Of a DNA stretch of 32,000 bases, positions 15,160 through 22,760 are shown piece by piece. The notes below the pieces were generated by a model. It searched no databases. It worked only from the letters and a program-made list of their open reading frames with translations, and was not told the DNA's origin. Both the position numbers and the translations under genes were made by a program. Source of the DNA: Natronolimnohabitans sp. A-GB9 (GTDB lineage: Archaea; Halobacteriota; Halobacteria; Halobacteriales; Natrialbaceae); NCBI RefSeq assembly GCF_030848565.1, contig NZ_JAVDDV010000012.1:1-32000 (forward strand), written 5' to 3'. How positions within the stretch are numbered: position 1 is the stretch's first letter; the number at the start of each line of letters is the position of its first letter.

Positions 15160-15453
15160 ATGAGCAGTGCCCGAAACTCGGCAACTGATCGTCCGACGCA
15201 TCACTTGCACCACGATTGGGCTGGTGAGAAGTGGGTGAGTGATCGGATCGTCCGGACGATCGCGGAATACGAAGACGAAAGTCCGGACGACCTCCCGCCG
15301 TTGAGCGACAGCATCAATCCGAACGCACTCGATAGGGCGTTCGAATCTGTCGACGGAACCGTCGGTAAAGCAGGCTGTATCACCTTCTCGTACTACGGCT
15401 ACACCGTACTCGTTCAGAGCACTGGCCAGATTCTCATCAAAAAGAACTCATAA
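15160..15453 (+). CDS. HalOD1 (halobacterial output domain 1) stand-alone protein
   Basis: 97 aa. Family-typical VSDRIVRTIAEYEDESPDDLPPLSDSINPNALDRAF...ITFSYYGYTVLVQSTGQILI. The stop TAA lies 3 nt before the aor ATG. Confidence 0.75.
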   Translation: MSSARNSATDRPTHHLHHDWAGEKWVSDRIVRTIAEYEDESPDDLPPLSDSINPNALDRAFESVDGTVGKAGCITFSYYGYTVLVQSTGQILIKKNS

Positions 15454-15456
15454 CAC

Positions 15457-17406
15457 ATGACTGCTATTGGCGGCTTTCAGGACCACGTTGCACGAATCGA
15501 TCTCGGAACCGACGGCGTCGCGTACGAGGGAATCGACGAGGCGGACGCGAAGAAGTACATCGGGGCCCGTGGCCTCGGCGTGAAGTACGTCTTCGACCAG
15601 GGGCCGGACGTCGATCCGCTCGGGCCGGACAACCTGCTGGCGTTTATGAACGGACCGCTCTCGGGAACGCAGACGACGATGAGCGGTCGAATCGCCGTCT
15701 GTACGAAGTCGCCGCTGACCGGCACCGTCACGGACAGCCACCACGGTGGCTGGTCGGGTGCCCGCCTCAAGTGGGCCGGTTTCGACGGACTCCTGTTCGA
15801 GGGTCAGGCCGAGGAACCGGTCTATGCCTACGTCGAGGACGGGGAGGTCGAACTTCGCGACGCCGCTCACCTCTGGGGGATGGGCGTCCACGAGACCTGT
15901 GAGACGGTCGAGGAGGAGGTCGACGGCGAGTACGGCAAGAACCTCTCGATCATGGCGATCGGACCTGGCGGCGAGAACGAGGTCCGGTATGCCTGCATCA
16001 TGAACGAGGACGACCGGGCGTCCGGTCGCGGCGGCACGGGCTGTGTGATGGGCAACAAGGGGCTGAAAGCGATCGTCATCAAATCGGCCACCGAAATGCC
16101 CCAGCCGGCGGATCCGGAGACGTTCAAAGAGGGCCACCAGCAGGCGATGCAGGCGATCACCGAATCCGACGTCACCGCACCCAACGAGGGTGGCCTCTCG
16201 ATGTACGGGACGAACGTCCTGATGAACATGACCGAGGAGATGGACGGCCACCCGACGAAAAACGGCCGCTACACGTCCGGCGACGCGTACAACGAGGCCG
16301 AAGCGGACGGCGAGACGGTGATCGACGCCGAGCGGATCAGCGGTGAGAACGTCCGCGAAAACATCCTCGTCGACGAGCCGACCTGCCACTCCTGTCCGGT
16401 CGCCTGCAAGAAGGAAGTCGAGGTCGACGTCATGCACAAAGGCGAGGAGATGAACGTCCGGATGGAGTCCTACGAGTACGAGTCCGCCTGGGCGCTGGGG
16501 ACCAACTCGCTCAACGACGACCGCGATACGATCGCCGTGATGATCGACCGCTGTAACGACATGGGGGTCGACACGATCGAAGTCGGCAACATCCTGGCGA
16601 TGGCGATGGACGCCACCGAGAACGGCTATCTCGAGGACGTCGGGGACGGTGACGGCATCGACTGGGGTGACGCCGACACGATGATCGAGATGATCGAACG
16701 CATCGCTACCCGTGAAGGCGAACTCGCGGACCTCCTCGCGGAGGGCCAGGCGCGCTTTGCCGACGCTGTCGACGCTCACGACTGTCGACTCGACGTCAAG
16801 GGACAGGCGATTGCTGCCTACGACCCACGCTGTATGAAGGGGATGGGAATCGGCTACGCTACCTCGAACCGTGGTGCCTGTCATCTCCGAGGGTACACGC
16901 CAGCGGCCGAAATCCTGGGCATCCCGGAGAAGGTCGATCCCTACGAGCACGACGGGAAAGGCGAACTCACCGCGCAGTTCCAGGATCTCCACGCCATCTC
17001 CGACAGCTTCGACATCTGCAAGTTCAACGCCTTCGCCGAAGGAATCGAAGAGTACGTCCTCCAGTACAACGGGATGACCGGCCTCGACGTCACCGAGGAC
17101 GAACTGCTCGAGGCCGGCGAGCGCATCTACAACTTAGAGCGCTACTACAACAACCTCGTCGGCTTCGACGGCGACGACGACTCCCTGCCCGAGGTCTTCC
17201 TCGAGGAAGGCGAGACGCCCGGTCAGGGCGCAAGCGAAGGCGAGTACTGTGAACTCGAGGCGATGAAAGAGGAGTACTACGACCACCGCGGCTGGGTCGA
17301 CGGGGTCGTCCCTGACGAGAAACTCGCAGAACTCGAGATCGAGATTGGTCCCGGAACCGGCGTCAGCAGCGGGGGAAGCGGCGCGGCGGCTCCGTCCGAC
17401 GACTAG
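15457..17406 (+). CDS. aor: Aldehyde:ferredoxin oxidoreductase (tungstopterin AOR family)
   Basis: 649 aa. N-terminal AOR_N segment: ARIDLGTDGVAYEGIDEADAKKYIGARGLGVKYVF...MSGRIAVCTKSPLTG. 4Fe-4S ligands CHSCPVACKK plus a downstream Cys. The AOR catalytic-domain pattern runs throughout. Confidence 0.9.
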   Translation: MTAIGGFQDHVARIDLGTDGVAYEGIDEADAKKYIGARGLGVKYVFDQGPDVDPLGPDNLLAFMNGPLSGTQTTMSGRIAVCTKSPLTGTVTDSHHGGWSGARLKWAGFDGLLFEGQAEEPVYAYVEDGEVELRDAAHLWGMGVHETCETVEEEVDGEYGKNLSIMAIGPGGENEVRYACIMNEDDRASGRGGTGCVMGNKGLKAIVIKSATEMPQPADPETFKEGHQQAMQAITESDVTAPNEGGLSMYGTNVLMNMTEEMDGHPTKNGRYTSGDAYNEAEADGETVIDAERISGENVRENILVDEPTCHSCPVACKKEVEVDVMHKGEEMNVRMESYEYESAWALGTNSLNDDRDTIAVMIDRCNDMGVDTIEVGNILAMAMDATENGYLEDVGDGDGIDWGDADTMIEMIERIATREGELADLLAEGQARFADAVDAHDCRLDVKGQAIAAYDPRCMKGMGIGYATSNRGACHLRGYTPAAEILGIPEKVDPYEHDGKGELTAQFQDLHAISDSFDICKFNAFAEGIEEYVLQYNGMTGLDVTEDELLEAGERIYNLERYYNNLVGFDGDDDSLPEVFLEEGETPGQGASEGEYCELEAMKEEYYDHRGWVDGVVPDEKLAELEIEIGPGTGVSSGGSGAAAPSDD

Positions 17407-17420
17407 TGGCGGTCCACGCC

Positions 17421-17505
17421 TGATACGGTCTTCTGTAGTCAATTACCGCCGATCGCCGACCCCGTCCTGGCGATCGGCGGTAACTAGTTACAGCAGTCCG
17501 TATGA
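17421..17505 (+). repeat. 85-nt nested-hairpin repeat element, 15 nt after the aor stop codon
   Basis: Outer arms GATACGGTCTTCTGTA / TACAGCAGTCCGTATGA. Inner perfect 15-bp stem TTACCGCCGATCGCC (17443-17457) / GGCGATCGGCGGTAA (17469-17483). Loop GACCCCGTCCT. Twin of 5237-5321. Confidence 0.85.
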
Positions 17506-17551
17506 ACTGCTGGGTCGAATCCTGCGGTGTCGTCCGATTCGACCCAGCAGT
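17506..17551 (+). terminator. Perfect 15-bp stem-loop directly following the 85-nt element
   Basis: ACTGCTGGGTCGAAT (17506-17520) and ATTCGACCCAGCAGT (17537-17551) are exact reverse complements with a 16-nt loop. The arm shares ACTGCTG and ATTCGA with the repeat family. Confidence 0.5.
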
Positions 17552-17592
17552 CGACGGGTGGAACGGTACTAAACTGGCTGGTCACCGTCCGT

Positions 17593-17620
17593 GAGACCGT
17601 ATGATACGGACTGCTCCGAC
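17593..17620. repeat. Back-to-back junction of two repeat arms sharing one TGA (GAGACCGTATGATACGGACTGCTCCGAC)
   Basis: The left part matches the right end of 5237-5321 (GAGACCGTATGA). The right part matches its left end (TGATACGGACTGCT). Confidence 0.65.
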
Positions 17621-17626
17621 GACCAC

Positions 17627-17633
17627 AATATTT
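17627..17633 (+). promoter_or_regulatory. TATA-like box AATATTT for the ASCH gene
   Basis: Centred about 30 nt upstream of the ATG at 17660. Confidence 0.35.
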
Positions 17634-17659
17634 GAGACGAACGCGCCGAATCGATACGT

Positions 17660-17971
17660 ATGGCACGCATCGACGCAGCCGAGTTACTGCCGGCAGAGCG
17701 GATCAGACGAAAGGCCCTCGAGGGCGAGATCACGCAGTTACACCGCGGCGATCCCCACGCAGCGGAGGGCGATACCTTCGTCATCGAGGAGACGGTCTTC
17801 GAGGTCACGAACGTCGAGCATCGACGATTGGGCGAACTCACCGACGAGGATGCCCGTGCGGAGGGGTCGCCGAACCTCGAGGCGTACAAGCGCCGCATCG
17901 AAGCGACACACGACACCGAATGGGACGACGAGAGCGAGGCGGTGTTACACGAGTTCGAGCCGCGCTCGTGA
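17660..17971 (+). CDS. ASCH domain-containing protein (PUA-like fold)
   Basis: 103 aa. ASCH-like pattern: GDTFVIEETVFEVTNVEHRRLGELTDEDARAEGSPNLEAYKRRI. Confidence 0.7.
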   Translation: MARIDAAELLPAERIRRKALEGEITQLHRGDPHAAEGDTFVIEETVFEVTNVEHRRLGELTDEDARAEGSPNLEAYKRRIEATHDTEWDDESEAVLHEFEPRS

Positions 17972-17992
17972 TACTGTCGGACAGCACGATTC
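17969..17992 (+). repeat. Half-copy of the repeat family overlapping the ASCH stop codon (TGATACTGTCGGACAGCACGATTC)
   Basis: 22 of 24 nt identical to 409-432. Sits in the 36-nt convergent spacer before the HTH_10 gene end. A CGAGGGC...GCCCTCG stem follows. Confidence 0.8.
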
Positions 17993-18007
17993 GAGGGCAA
18001 GACTCGA

Positions 18008-18742
18008 TCAATCGCCCTCGGCGGTCGGCGACACACGCTGTGTCTCCGCACGCAACACGTCTCCCTGCGTTTCGGTCAGGAGTCGCACGAACTGCCCGGC
18101 GTTCGTGACGAGTTTGTTCTCCGCCTTCCGCAGGTGTTCTTCGAAGGTCGCCCTGGCGACGGTCGTCTCTTCGGCGAGTTCGGCGACCGACGCGTTCCGG
18201 GGCTGGTCGTAGTAGCCCGCGTCCAGCGCGATCCGCAGGGCCTCGAGTTGGCGATCGGTGAGCCCGTCGAATAGACGGTCGACCGAGAACAGCGAACTGT
18301 GAGGGACGTGGCGCTCCTCGATCGAGGTCTTCGAGAGGACGTCGATCTCCCGATCCTCGTCGAGTTCGGCGAGCAAGGCAGTGACGTCGCTCTCGTCGAA
18401 TCCGATCGCGGAGTAGTGCTCCCAGCCGTTTCGGTACACCGTCGGCGGGAGGTGTACGCAGTTGTGGCGCTCGAACCGACGGATGATCGACTCCTCGATG
18501 GGACAGGCACACGACTGGACGATCACGTGCAGGTCCGAGCCGTCGATCGTGGTGTGAAGCACCGACCCGAGTTCGTCGATCTCCTCGAGCAGTTCGTCGT
18601 CGCCGGCCTCCGGCGCGGTGAGCTCGAGGATTTGGCAGTCCTGGAGGTACCACTCCCGGATCGACACCGCCGGAAACCGCTCGGAGAGCCCCCGGTAGGG
18701 ACACTCGTGGCGGAGTTTAAACGAGACTTCGTACATGCTCAT
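18008..18742 (-). CDS. Bat-type HTH_10 transcriptional regulator
   Basis: Start at MSMYEVSFKLRHECPY (ATG at 18742). C-terminal LTDRQLEALRIALDAGYYDQPRNASVAELAEETTVARATFEEHLRKAENKLV is the HTH_10 signature. Divergent from the rhodanese-MBL gene. Confidence 0.85.
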   Translation of the reverse strand: MSMYEVSFKLRHECPYRGLSERFPAVSIREWYLQDCQILELTAPEAGDDELLEEIDELGSVLHTTIDGSDLHVIVQSCACPIEESIIRRFERHNCVHLPPTVYRNGWEHYSAIGFDESDVTALLAELDEDREIDVLSKTSIEERHVPHSSLFSVDRLFDGLTDRQLEALRIALDAGYYDQPRNASVAELAEETTVARATFEEHLRKAENKLVTNAGQFVRLLTETQGDVLRAETQRVSPTAEGD

Positions 18743-18828
18743 AGATCGTACGTGGCCCCTGCCCTCAATAACGATGCCGGTCATAACTGGCACTGCTGAT
18801 ATGCCCTCGCTCTCCCTATCAGCTATCG

Positions 18829-19941
18829 ATGTCAGAGATTACGCCGGAAACCGTCGCCGAGCGACTCGAGCAGGGAGATGACGACGTCACGCTGATCGAC
18901 GTCCGTGACGCCGAGTCGTTCGCCGAGTGGCACGTTCCGGGAAGCGAGAACGTCGACGTCTACGACGAACTGAAAGACGACCCCGACGCGGCAGCCGAGA
19001 CGCTGGCCGAACTCCCCGAAGACGAGGAGATCGTCACCGTCTGTGCTGCAGGTGTGCTCGCAGGGGACGCAGCAGAGTTGCTCCAGGAAGAGGGCTACGA
19101 CGCCAAAACCCTCGAGAACGGCATGAACGGCTGGGCACGCGTCCACCGCCACGCCGAACTCGAGGCCGATCTCGAGGGTGCGTTGGTCCAGGTCGCCCGC
19201 CCTGGCACGGGCTGTCTCTCTCACGTCTTGATCTCCGAGGGCGAGGCCGCCGTCTTCGAACCCTCTCAGTACACCGAGGAGTACGAGGCGATCCTCGAGG
19301 CCTACGACGCCGATCTGGCGGGCGTCTTCGACACCCACGCCCACGCCGACCACGTCTCCGGCGGGCAGAGCCTCGCCGAGGCCCACGACGCGCCCTACTA
19401 CCTCCACCCTGCCGACGACGACGGGATCGGTGCCACCCACGTCGAGGACGGCGATGTCCTTGAGGTCGGTGCCGTAGCGATCGATGTGATCCACACGCCC
19501 GGCCACAGCCCTGGCAGCGTCACCTACGCCCTCGAGGACGAAGCCCTCCTGACCGGCGATACGCTCTTTCACGACAGCGTCGGTCGTGTCGAACTCGGCG
19601 TCGACGCCGGACTCGAGGATACGGACGTCGAGGACAACGCTGAGACGCTCTCCGAGAGCTTAGAGCGCCTTCGCAATCAGGACGGCGACCCACTCGTGTT
19701 GCCGGCTCACGACCCCGGCAGTCCCCAGCCGCCGGTGGCAGCCCGCCTGAGTGAGGTCGAAGAGCGAAACGAGGTCTTCGGCCAGGACCGCGAGACGGTA
19801 GTCGCGGAACTGGCCGGCGACGTGCCGGACCAGCCGGCGAACTTCGAGCGGATCAAACTCGCCAACGTCGGCACCGAAGAGATTTCGGATGAAGAGGCGG
19901 ACGAACTCGAACTCGGTCCCAACCGTTGTGCGGCCGAATAA
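18829..19941 (+). CDS. Rhodanese domain fused to an MBL-fold metallo-hydrolase (persulfide dioxygenase/glyoxalase II-like)
   Basis: N-terminal rhodanese: LIDVRDAESFAEWHVPGSENV, loop VTVCAAGVLAG. MBL motifs THAHADHVSGG (HxHxDH), IHTPGHSPGS and LLTGDTLF. About 90 aa of acidic C-terminal tail ending in GPNRCAAE. Confidence 0.8.
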   Translation: MSEITPETVAERLEQGDDDVTLIDVRDAESFAEWHVPGSENVDVYDELKDDPDAAAETLAELPEDEEIVTVCAAGVLAGDAAELLQEEGYDAKTLENGMNGWARVHRHAELEADLEGALVQVARPGTGCLSHVLISEGEAAVFEPSQYTEEYEAILEAYDADLAGVFDTHAHADHVSGGQSLAEAHDAPYYLHPADDDGIGATHVEDGDVLEVGAVAIDVIHTPGHSPGSVTYALEDEALLTGDTLFHDSVGRVELGVDAGLEDTDVEDNAETLSESLERLRNQDGDPLVLPAHDPGSPQPPVAARLSEVEERNEVFGQDRETVVAELAGDVPDQPANFERIKLANVGTEEISDEEADELELGPNRCAAE

Positions 19942-19944
19942 CCC

Positions 19945-21255
19945 ATGAGCGGCGAGTACGCACAGGGAATCCGTCGGAACTGGCAGCAGTTCACCCTGCA
20001 GATCGTCACGGTCTTTGCCGTCGGGCTCACGATGGGCTCCCAGCGCAACGTGGTGCCCATCATGGGCGAGGAGACCTTCGGCGTCGAGTCGCTTCTCGTG
20101 ATCGGCTCCTTCGTCGTGAGTTTCGGGATCGTCAAGGCGATCCTCAACCTGTATTCGGGGAAGTGGGCCGACGCCTACGGCCGGAAACCGATCCTGATCG
20201 CGGGCTGGGTCGCCGCCGTTCCGATTCCCTTTATCCTCATCTTCGCGCCGAGTTGGAGCTGGATCGCGGTCGGGAACGTCCTGCTCGGGATCAACCAGGG
20301 CGTTGCCTGGAGCATGAGCATGATCTCGAAGATCGAACTCGCCGGCCCCGACGAGCGTGGGCTCGCCGCCGGGCTCGACGAGGCCTTTGGCTACACCGGC
20401 GTCGCCGCCGGGGCGTGGCTGACGGGCGTGATCGCCGCTCAGTACAGCCTCCGGCCGGAGCCGTTCTACTTCCTCGCGGCGGTGATCGTCGTCGCCCTGC
20501 TGATCGCCGTCGTCCTGATCGAGGAAACGCTGCCCTACGCGAAAGCGGAAGCGGAAGGACTCGACGACGACGGCGTCGAAGCCGACGGCGGAAAGAACGA
20601 GGCCGACCTCTCCTTTACCGAGATCGTCAAGCGTGCGACCTACAAGGACCGGACGCTGTTTACGGCCGCACAGGCGGGCCACGTCGAGAATTTCGTCGAT
20701 ACGCTCGTCTGGATCGCCTTCCCGCTGTTCCTGGTCGCTCAGGGCTTAGACGTCGCTCAGGTGGGAGTCGTCGTCGGCGTCCACAGCGCCGCGTACTTCC
20801 TGCAGGTCTACACCGGCCGACTCGGTGACCGTGTCGGGCGCAAGCCGCCGATCGTCGCCGGCTTCTTCCTCGCCGGCGCGGGCGTCCTCGGGATGGTGCT
20901 CGTCGAGGGGTATTACCTCTGGATCCTCTTTTCGGGGCTTTCGGGCGTCGGGATGGCACTGCACTACCCCAATCTGATCGCGGTCGCCAGCGACGCGGCC
21001 CACCCCCTGTGGCGCTCGACCGGCCTCGGTGTCTACCGGCTCTGGCGTGATCTGGGCTACGCCGTTGGGGCCATCCTCATCGGCCTCTCGGTCGATCTGC
21101 TCTCGATCGAGGCCGCCTTCTACGGTACCGCCATCGCGATGTTCCTCTCCGGCGGACTGGTCGTAATCTGGATGGAGGAGACCCACCCCGACTTCGGCAC
21201 CCACGAGCCGCCGTCGGTCGACCTCGAGGCCAGCAAAACCGGGTCCGAGGATTGA
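19945..21255 (+). CDS. MFS transporter (12 TM)
   Basis: 436 aa. MFS loop motif GKWADAYGRKPIL after TM2 and its repeat GRLGDRVGRKPPI in the second half. Starts 3 nt after the upstream stop. Confidence 0.85.
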   Translation: MSGEYAQGIRRNWQQFTLQIVTVFAVGLTMGSQRNVVPIMGEETFGVESLLVIGSFVVSFGIVKAILNLYSGKWADAYGRKPILIAGWVAAVPIPFILIFAPSWSWIAVGNVLLGINQGVAWSMSMISKIELAGPDERGLAAGLDEAFGYTGVAAGAWLTGVIAAQYSLRPEPFYFLAAVIVVALLIAVVLIEETLPYAKAEAEGLDDDGVEADGGKNEADLSFTEIVKRATYKDRTLFTAAQAGHVENFVDTLVWIAFPLFLVAQGLDVAQVGVVVGVHSAAYFLQVYTGRLGDRVGRKPPIVAGFFLAGAGVLGMVLVEGYYLWILFSGLSGVGMALHYPNLIAVASDAAHPLWRSTGLGVYRLWRDLGYAVGAILIGLSVDLLSIEAAFYGTAIAMFLSGGLVVIWMEETHPDFGTHEPPSVDLEASKTGSED

Positions 21256-21275
21256 CTGCCGGACAGCAGTCCGTA
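21253..21275 (+). repeat. Repeat-family copy starting with the MFS stop codon (TGACTGCCGGACAGCAGTCCGTA)
   Basis: Contains the CTGCCGGACAGCAGTCCGTA core, which joins both sub-blocks of the family. Confidence 0.7.
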
Positions 21276-21420
21276 CCAGTCGGTGCGACACAGCCACGAT
21301 CGGTCTGCGGTTTCGCCGGGTCACAGCACGGGGAACGTCTCCACCGCTCGCATTCGTCTGTCTACTGTTGCGAGCGAGGCAAACACTTATCGAATACACC
21401 GGTCTATGTTAGCGTGGATC

Positions 21421-21720
21421 ATGAGCGACGACGAGCTGGAGGGCTTCCTCATCCTCCGTGCACTCGAGGAACCGATCACCGAGGACGAACTCGATGCGGC
21501 CGCCGAACAGTCTGGAGCGGTCTTACAGGAACTTCGCGATGAGGGCGTCGACATCCGCTGGGTCGAGTCCGAGGTCCTTCGGAACGAAGACGAACGAATC
21601 ACGGGCACGTTCTGTCATTATCAGGCGGAAGACGAGGCCGCCGTCGAAGAACACGCCGAACGAGCGGGCCTCCCGACCACCCGCATCGACCGCCGCGGAC
21701 AGCCACTCGAGGGCGAGTAA
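21421..21720 (+). CDS. DUF4242 (SCO4226-like, ferredoxin-like fold) protein
   Basis: C-terminal TFCHYQAEDEAAVEEHAERAGLPTTRI matches the family pattern TFC.Y.A...EA....A...GLP...I. ATG at 21421 preferred; alternative ATG at 21406. Confidence 0.65.
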   Translation: MSDDELEGFLILRALEEPITEDELDAAAEQSGAVLQELRDEGVDIRWVESEVLRNEDERITGTFCHYQAEDEAAVEEHAERAGLPTTRIDRRGQPLEGE

Positions 21721-21789
21721 CGGCTTCCCTCTCGTACCGACGGGAATTGAGGTGTGGTATTTATTGTCGTGGATAGCGACACGCGTGTC

Positions 21790-21975
21790 ATGGACCGTTC
21801 CGACGGAGACCGACGACTGCCACGGGTGTGTCCCGATACGGGAGGCGACGCGCTCCTTCGCTGTGCCGAGTGTCGCGTAACCTTCCCCCGAAGCGATGCC
21901 CGGATTCCGACCAAGGGGACGCTTACCTGCCCGGAGTGTCACTCGACCGACGTCCGGGACGTCGATCGAGACTGA
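21790..21975 (+). CDS. Small zinc-ribbon protein (61 aa, four Cys in CPxxG/CxxC/CPxC arrangement)
   Basis: VCPDTGG...CAECRV...CPECHS. TATTTATT (21758-21765) is centred 28 nt upstream of the ATG at 21790, consistent with a leaderless transcript. Confidence 0.5.
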   Translation: MDRSDGDRRLPRVCPDTGGDALLRCAECRVTFPRSDARIPTKGTLTCPECHSTDVRDVDRD

Positions 21976-22021
21976 CCGCCGCTTGTCAGCCACGTCTCTC
22001 GTCTCTCGAGAACGGTTTTGG

Positions 22022-22711
22022 CTACCGATAGGCCTCGAACTCCTCACCGACGGTGTCCGCTTCGGCCTCGTACAACAGGTGCTGGGCGACCGTTCCGAGG
22101 ACGGCGAAGACGATGGCGATCGCGAGAACCCACAGGAACCCGGGCATGAGTTCGTCGGCCACGAGGACGGCGACGATCAGCGGGGCGATCAGAAACGCCG
22201 TCCGCCGGAACGTTTCCGTGCTGGCGAACCCACGGGCCAGTCGGCTCGGATCGGTGCTCTGTTTGACGATCGCGTAATGGCCCCCGATGCCGAACGACTT
22301 CCAACACTGGGCCAACAGTAAGCCGACGAACACCCAGACCCACGGCTCGACGGTAGTCACACCCAGATCGATCGCCGGGACGTACGCGGAGGCCAGCCAG
22401 ATTCCGAACCCGAACGTCGAGAGGAACCCGAACACGGTCAACGCGTATCGTGAACCGACCCGATCCGAGACGATCCCACCGTAGTACGGGTAGATCGCGC
22501 CGATGACGTTCCCGAGCGTGGCGAACAGTCCGACGACGAACCCGGTCGCGCCGAGGTACACGAGATAGTCCGGGAGGAATCGATTGGTCATCTGAAAGCC
22601 GAGGCTGAACGCGAACATCGCCAGCGAGAGCACCAGCACGTCCCGCTGCAGGGAGAAGAACTGCCGGAAGGTCGACGAGACGGTCGGCGAGTCGGCGTCG
22701 TCGGTAGCCAT
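22022..22711 (-). CDS. Half-length MFS-type membrane protein (six TM only; possible truncated remnant)
   Basis: 229 aa. MFS-like GGIVSDRVGSRYAL loop after TM2. Ends in what would be the central cytoplasmic loop. No second half is recognisable downstream. Confidence 0.6.
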   Translation of the reverse strand: MATDDADSPTVSSTFRQFFSLQRDVLVLSLAMFAFSLGFQMTNRFLPDYLVYLGATGFVVGLFATLGNVIGAIYPYYGGIVSDRVGSRYALTVFGFLSTFGFGIWLASAYVPAIDLGVTTVEPWVWVFVGLLLAQCWKSFGIGGHYAIVKQSTDPSRLARGFASTETFRRTAFLIAPLIVAVLVADELMPGFLWVLAIAIVFAVLGTVAQHLLYEAEADTVGEEFEAYR

Positions 22712-22760
22712 CGTCGTCCAAATAGACGACCGACCGGAATGATATTATCGAACGATATCG

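Noticed and set aside
15448-16992. 514-aa minus-strand ORF opposite aor
   Set aside because: It is antisense to a gene with unmistakable AOR motifs. Its product is Val/Arg/Asp/His-rich without motifs, so it is a shadow ORF.
19660-20828. ORFs 19660..20682 (minus) and 19926..20828 (plus) overlapping the MFS gene
   Set aside because: Both are Arg/Asp/Gly-rich with no hydrophobic helices or motifs. The 19945..21255 frame has canonical MFS loops.
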